DNA of 64,000 nt, taken from a virus. Lineage: Duplodnaviria; Caudoviricetes. Below are positions 59,974 to 64,000 of the stretch, one piece after another. The notes beneath the pieces were generated by a model that made no database searches, was not told the origin of the DNA, and worked only from the letters and a program-made list of their open reading frames with translations. The stretch spans positions 32,001-96,000 of IMG/VR virus record IMGVR_UViG_2939020026_000003, one strand, 5' to 3'. The first letter of the stretch is position 1. Each line of letters opens with the position of its first letter. A program made the translations under genes and the position numbers.

Positions 59974-60717
59974 ATGCCAAACCTAAAACCAGAATACCGC
60001 GCTCAGGTCCAGAGCTTCATCCAAGCTATGGATTATGCCAACAACGTCAGCGAAGACGCTGATTTCAAAATGTCGAAAATCAAAGATGAAGCATTTCTAC
60101 CACGCTGGCTCACAACCCTTGTAACTGATGAGGTCGTGCGGCAGGGCGAAACTGCTCCCGCTGTGCTGAATTTCGGTGGTCCAGTCTTCACCAACACCGT
60201 GATTGAGAAGGGTGGGGAGAGCTATTACGGCTTTGACATGTGCAACGAGTACACGAAGCCAGACCATGCGCCGATGACCGTGAATGCCCTTACCAAGACC
60301 ATCGACAACTACATCACGCTCAGGAACCACGTAGTAGCCCAAGGCGTGCCGCTGCTCGACCTCGATAACACGATGAAGGAATGGTACGGCAAGGTGAAGG
60401 GGATGCTCCTGCCAGACCCTGCTGCTCAGTTGGTGAGCAACCTGAACGAGAAGGGTATTGCCGTGAAGACGCTCGATGACCTCCAGAACCTCAAAGGCGA
60501 AGCGTTCGACCGATTCCGTGAGGTAGATATGCCTAACACATGGATTGCGCTCAACCCGCACATCAAGGGCTTCAAGAACGATTTCATCGTGCCGCAAAGG
60601 TTTTGGGATTTCGAGAATTCATACGCTGCAAGGGTTCAGAAGCGTTTCGCTGAGCCTGCCCCTGTGGTCGAGCTGGTAGAGGATAAGAAGCCTAATCGCC
60701 CAAAAATGAAAATGTGA
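59974..60717 (+). CDS. Hypothetical protein with basic C-terminal tail
   Basis: Promoter motif; ends EDKKPNRPKMKM; terminator after. Confidence 0.8.
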   Translation: MPNLKPEYRAQVQSFIQAMDYANNVSEDADFKMSKIKDEAFLPRWLTTLVTDEVVRQGETAPAVLNFGGPVFTNTVIEKGGESYYGFDMCNEYTKPDHAPMTVNALTKTIDNYITLRNHVVAQGVPLLDLDNTMKEWYGKVKGMLLPDPAAQLVSNLNEKGIAVKTLDDLQNLKGEAFDRFREVDMPNTWIALNPHIKGFKNDFIVPQRFWDFENSYAARVQKRFAEPAPVVELVEDKKPNRPKMKM

Positions 60718-60792
60718 GAAAAGATTCGCCTTTATGGCGAATTTTGGTTTTTTGATTTGGTATAATTTGATTCATAACCAAATAATACTGAA

Positions 60793-61107
60793 ATGATTGA
60801 ATTCTACACGCTCGAAGATTCCGCCGAATTCTTCGCTCCGCTCTACGATTCCATCACTGAAATCGCTACTCAACACGGATACAAAAAATCCGGTAACTCT
60901 TTCAAAGACTATAATGATGACTGCCTAATCCTTCTAGAAGATTATGCCGTGCATTTGGCTGCTGACGTGCCTTTGACAGTTGTAAAAGAAATAGGCTTGG
61001 TAGTCAGGAAATTTAAGAACAAGGATGTGACGCTTTTATATGGCGGATCATTCGTAACGCATAAGCAGATCAAAATGCTCGTTGAGATGGAGAAGCAGAC
61101 CGCCTAA
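60793..61107 (+). CDS. Hypothetical protein
   Basis: Promoter motif; terminator after. Confidence 0.7.
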   Translation: MIEFYTLEDSAEFFAPLYDSITEIATQHGYKKSGNSFKDYNDDCLILLEDYAVHLAADVPLTVVKEIGLVVRKFKNKDVTLLYGGSFVTHKQIKMLVEMEKQTA

Positions 61108-61194
61108 GCGGCGGTTTTCTTCTTGCGTAGTGGCGTTGTGCGACTACCTGCCGCTGAGTTACAATCGGGTCATCATGACATAGGGATTTTGTGT

Positions 61195-62187
61195 ATGGCT
61201 ATCAAACGCGAAGAAATAATAAAAAACATCATTGGTATGTTCACCCGATTTTCAGATAAGGTCTTATTTGAGAACGCCGTAGGTTTCTTGGATATAAACA
61301 AAAGCGCAGAGCCTTTGTTTATGGGTGTACTGAATCGAGTTTACGGTTTGCAACTAAAGAATATGAATTCTATCCAGAAAAATCACCCTGCTATTGATTT
61401 GGGCGATGAGGATTCAGGTATCTGTTATCAAATAACATCGTCAGGAACTAACGAAAAATATAATCACACCTTAGAGAAATACAAGGATAAAAATCTTCAG
61501 GATAAATTTCGTGAGTTGCATTTCCTTCTTGTTGGTGAGAATAAAATAACAAAGAAAGATCCCGATGTTAGGACAAAAGTATTTACCTTGAAGGATCTTA
61601 TTAAAGATATTGATGAGATGCCAGATCGCGGGCTGGAAGAATTTGAGCAATATTTTTCAGTCCAAATGAACGAGAATGGTCAATCTGGCAGCATTTTGCC
61701 GGTCCCGCTTCTTGCTCCGAATAATTCTGACAGTTACGAAAATTTCTTGTCCTATCACAAGATCGATGGTTATGAAAGAGATGATGCAATAGCAGACATT
61801 AAAGAGTTTCTAAATGTTCTTAGAAATTTAAATAATCACCAGCGCCAATTGCTCTATTTCATGGTCAGGCACGGGCACTTCCCAAATTCTAGCTCGCGCA
61901 GTAAAGGAAATACGGATCGGGTTTATATTGCCTACGATCTGGTTTATGAAGAAATTGGCAGGAAAAATGAAGGTGTGCTTCGCTCGTTGGATCATCGGAA
62001 TCTGATCCACTACAGGGACGACTACACCGAATATTTAGGTGGCGATGAAATACGGGCGTTTGAACTCTATTGGAGCGGGAAATTGTCAGAATTGAATATG
62101 ATCGCCGCCGTGAAAGACTTTGTGCATGACGATCCGGAAGCTTTGTACGATTTCTTCGTAAACACCAGTGCTGCTGATTTGGCGTAG
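61195..62187 (+). CDS. SMEK-domain protein 1
   Basis: DINKSAE, LN.VYGLQLKNMN, NHPAIDLGD and CYQITS motifs. Confidence 0.85.
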   Translation: MAIKREEIIKNIIGMFTRFSDKVLFENAVGFLDINKSAEPLFMGVLNRVYGLQLKNMNSIQKNHPAIDLGDEDSGICYQITSSGTNEKYNHTLEKYKDKNLQDKFRELHFLLVGENKITKKDPDVRTKVFTLKDLIKDIDEMPDRGLEEFEQYFSVQMNENGQSGSILPVPLLAPNNSDSYENFLSYHKIDGYERDDAIADIKEFLNVLRNLNNHQRQLLYFMVRHGHFPNSSSRSKGNTDRVYIAYDLVYEEIGRKNEGVLRSLDHRNLIHYRDDYTEYLGGDEIRAFELYWSGKLSELNMIAAVKDFVHDDPEALYDFFVNTSAADLA

Positions 62188-62202
62188 AGAAGGAAGCCAG
62201 CA

Positions 62203-62829
62203 TTGAAATCGAATCTACCTATTCAACGAATTCTGGCGCAAGGTCACTTTGATGGTCTCTGCCTCATCTACTCGTTGTTCAACGCCTACAAAGCATTGAG
62301 AAGCCCAAGCGAAAAAGCGTCTGATTTTGCGTACAGGAACTCCAATTTCTGGAGGCGCGTCATCGGCAACACGCCGTCTCTCCACAATTTCGTGCTGGGT
62401 GAGGGCAGTGACTTTGGCAGGCTGAGGAACGCGACCGATGCCAAGGTCAAGCAAGCCTTCATTGCGACGTGTTTTGACGTGATGACGGATGGGGCTGCTG
62501 TGTCCCCGGTGGTGACTCCCACAGATATTGAGTCTCTGACCACGATGGATTTTTCTGACTCTGTGGCGATCCTCTGTGTGAAGGAGAAAGCTGAGTTCGA
62601 GGAAGGTGGGATGGGGGATCACTGGATCGCGATTGTGGGACGGGATGATGACGCCGGTGTCTACCTTGTGGCTTGCTCTTACACGAACCATTCCTACGGG
62701 CTGAATGAGCGGCAGGATGCCAAGACTGGGCGCTTCTATAACACGACGATTGAGATAGGTGGCATCACCAAATCCAAGTCCTACCCGGAAAATATCAACC
62801 TCATCCAGATTATCCAGCGCGTGCCGTGA
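62203..62829 (+). CDS. Papain-fold cysteine peptidase-like protein
   Basis: QGHFDGLC.IYSLFNA and DHWIAIVG motifs; TTG start after AAGGA. Confidence 0.65.
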   Translation: MKSNLPIQRILAQGHFDGLCLIYSLFNAYKALRSPSEKASDFAYRNSNFWRRVIGNTPSLHNFVLGEGSDFGRLRNATDAKVKQAFIATCFDVMTDGAAVSPVVTPTDIESLTTMDFSDSVAILCVKEKAEFEEGGMGDHWIAIVGRDDDAGVYLVACSYTNHSYGLNERQDAKTGRFYNTTIEIGGITKSKSYPENINLIQIIQRVP

Positions 62830-62842
62830 TTGGAGGGAAGTG

Positions 62843-63856
62843 ATGGTTACGACAACGGGTATCAAGCAGCAAGAAATAATCTCCCGCTTAGGTTTCGTCG
62901 TTTCTAATTTGCGTCTCTCAAATTCAGTGAATTTGACCAATGACAATATCTTGCTTGAAAGGTTTTTTAAGCAGGTCTTGAACGTTCGTCATGGTTATAA
63001 CCTGAAAAGCGTAAATCTTGAGATAAGTAATTACCCAGCAATTGACCTCGAAGATTCTGACAGGCGCATTTGCTACCAAATCAGCTCTACAAATCGCACC
63101 GAAAAAATAAAAACAACAATCAAAGCCTTCAAAGCTAAAAGGCTTTTTGACACGTATGATGAACTTCGGTTCTTGATGCTGGTATTAGATGATCCTTGTA
63201 AGGCGGAAGACAAGGACGTTGAGAATCCGATGAAGACAAAGATTTCCATTCAAACCGTCAAGGGGTTGAATTCCGAAATTTTTGCGCTTGATGATGAAGC
63301 GTTGATTAGTGATATTTATGATGTGGTCACTAGGGAAATAACTCTCCCTGTGCCGTCAGTGAATTTGCCGGTAATTGAAGAAAGAAAATATTATCTGCCG
63401 TCGATCCAGCGTTTAATAGATGGGCTGAATTTCACCAAGGATTATGAAGCTAAGGGTATGCTCGAAAGGGATATGGTCGCCTTAGCTGACGCATTAGCTG
63501 ACCTAAATCAAGACCAGCGAAACGTTATCTATAAGTACCTTGCGCTCTGTAATTACAGAACAGATTATCGTGGTAAGGAAATGCCCGGTGAGATCTACAT
63601 GGTTACGGAGGATAAAAATGTATTATTCACGCCGGTAGAGGTTTCTGTTCTTAACACCTTAAAGCGTAAGGAAATGCTTTTCAATCATGAGTCGTTTCGC
63701 ATTAGCCACCTTGAATGGGAAGAATGCGACATTCTATATTTCCGCTCTGAATGCGATGTAAACCTGTTCGGCTGGATGAAGTATGTAGTAAAGGGAAACA
63801 AGAATAAGCTTCGCGACATGTTCTGCCTAGGTGACTACAAGCACCTTGGAATATGA
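62843..63856 (+). CDS. SMEK-domain protein 2
   Basis: GGAGG RBS; DNILLE, LNVRHGYNLKSVN, NYPAIDLED and CYQISS motifs. Confidence 0.85.
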   Translation: MVTTTGIKQQEIISRLGFVVSNLRLSNSVNLTNDNILLERFFKQVLNVRHGYNLKSVNLEISNYPAIDLEDSDRRICYQISSTNRTEKIKTTIKAFKAKRLFDTYDELRFLMLVLDDPCKAEDKDVENPMKTKISIQTVKGLNSEIFALDDEALISDIYDVVTREITLPVPSVNLPVIEERKYYLPSIQRLIDGLNFTKDYEAKGMLERDMVALADALADLNQDQRNVIYKYLALCNYRTDYRGKEMPGEIYMVTEDKNVLFTPVEVSVLNTLKRKEMLFNHESFRISHLEWEECDILYFRSECDVNLFGWMKYVVKGNKNKLRDMFCLGDYKHLGI

Positions 63857-64000
63857 CCCCACGCAAGAAAAAAAGCACCAATGCGGGGCTTCGTTTACGG
63901 CTTGATTTTACGGTTGGGATCAGTGCCAGTCTTGGGGGATTTGCTCACTGGCGGTGTCGCGTTAGCCGGTGCTGATGAACCTGCAGGAGTGGTCGAAGTA

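Larger units (their letters stand above)
19273..64000. mobile_element. AT-rich integrative/conjugative-like element (extends past the window)
   Basis: Composition shift after the tRNA fragment; rep-like, primase-like, ArdC, DotA-like and IcmC-like genes; shared promoter motif; no integrase in the window. Confidence 0.75.

Overview
The window has two parts joined at a tRNA fragment, and the sequence looks Pseudomonas-like. (1) 1-19078 is the GC-rich late region of a siphovirus-type prophage. It runs head-tail joining genes, tail tube, a frameshifted G/GT chaperone, tape measure, tail tip (J-like), a tail fibre with a C-terminal chaperone, a GH19 endolysin, nested Rz/Rz1 spanins and a frameshifted SGNH hydrolase, with several morons. 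One moron is built from J-like motifs in permuted order. (2) 19210-19272 is the 3' part of a tRNA-Ser(CGA), i.e. an att site, with a different set of arm-type repeats on each side. (3) From about 19273 to the window end is an AT-rich integrative or plasmid-like element. It carries a candidate origin (three 22-bp palindromic repeats), three winged-helix/RepL-like genes, a RepB-primase-like gene, ArdC, two tandem DotA/TraY-like genes, an IcmC/DotE-like gene and many hypothetical genes. Five apparently identical IS5-family copies and one IS66 element each interrupt a gene of this element. Main observations: an element-wide AAATG(G/C)TATAAT promoter motif placed 22-32 nt before most backbone start codons, with A/C-rich leaders lacking Shine-Dalgarno sequences; a SMEK / papain-like peptidase / SMEK three-gene cassette (candidate defence system); the permuted tail-tip mimic; candidate small RNAs; and basic C-terminal tails on candidate transferred proteins. 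All family calls are by-eye motif recognition; no searches were run.
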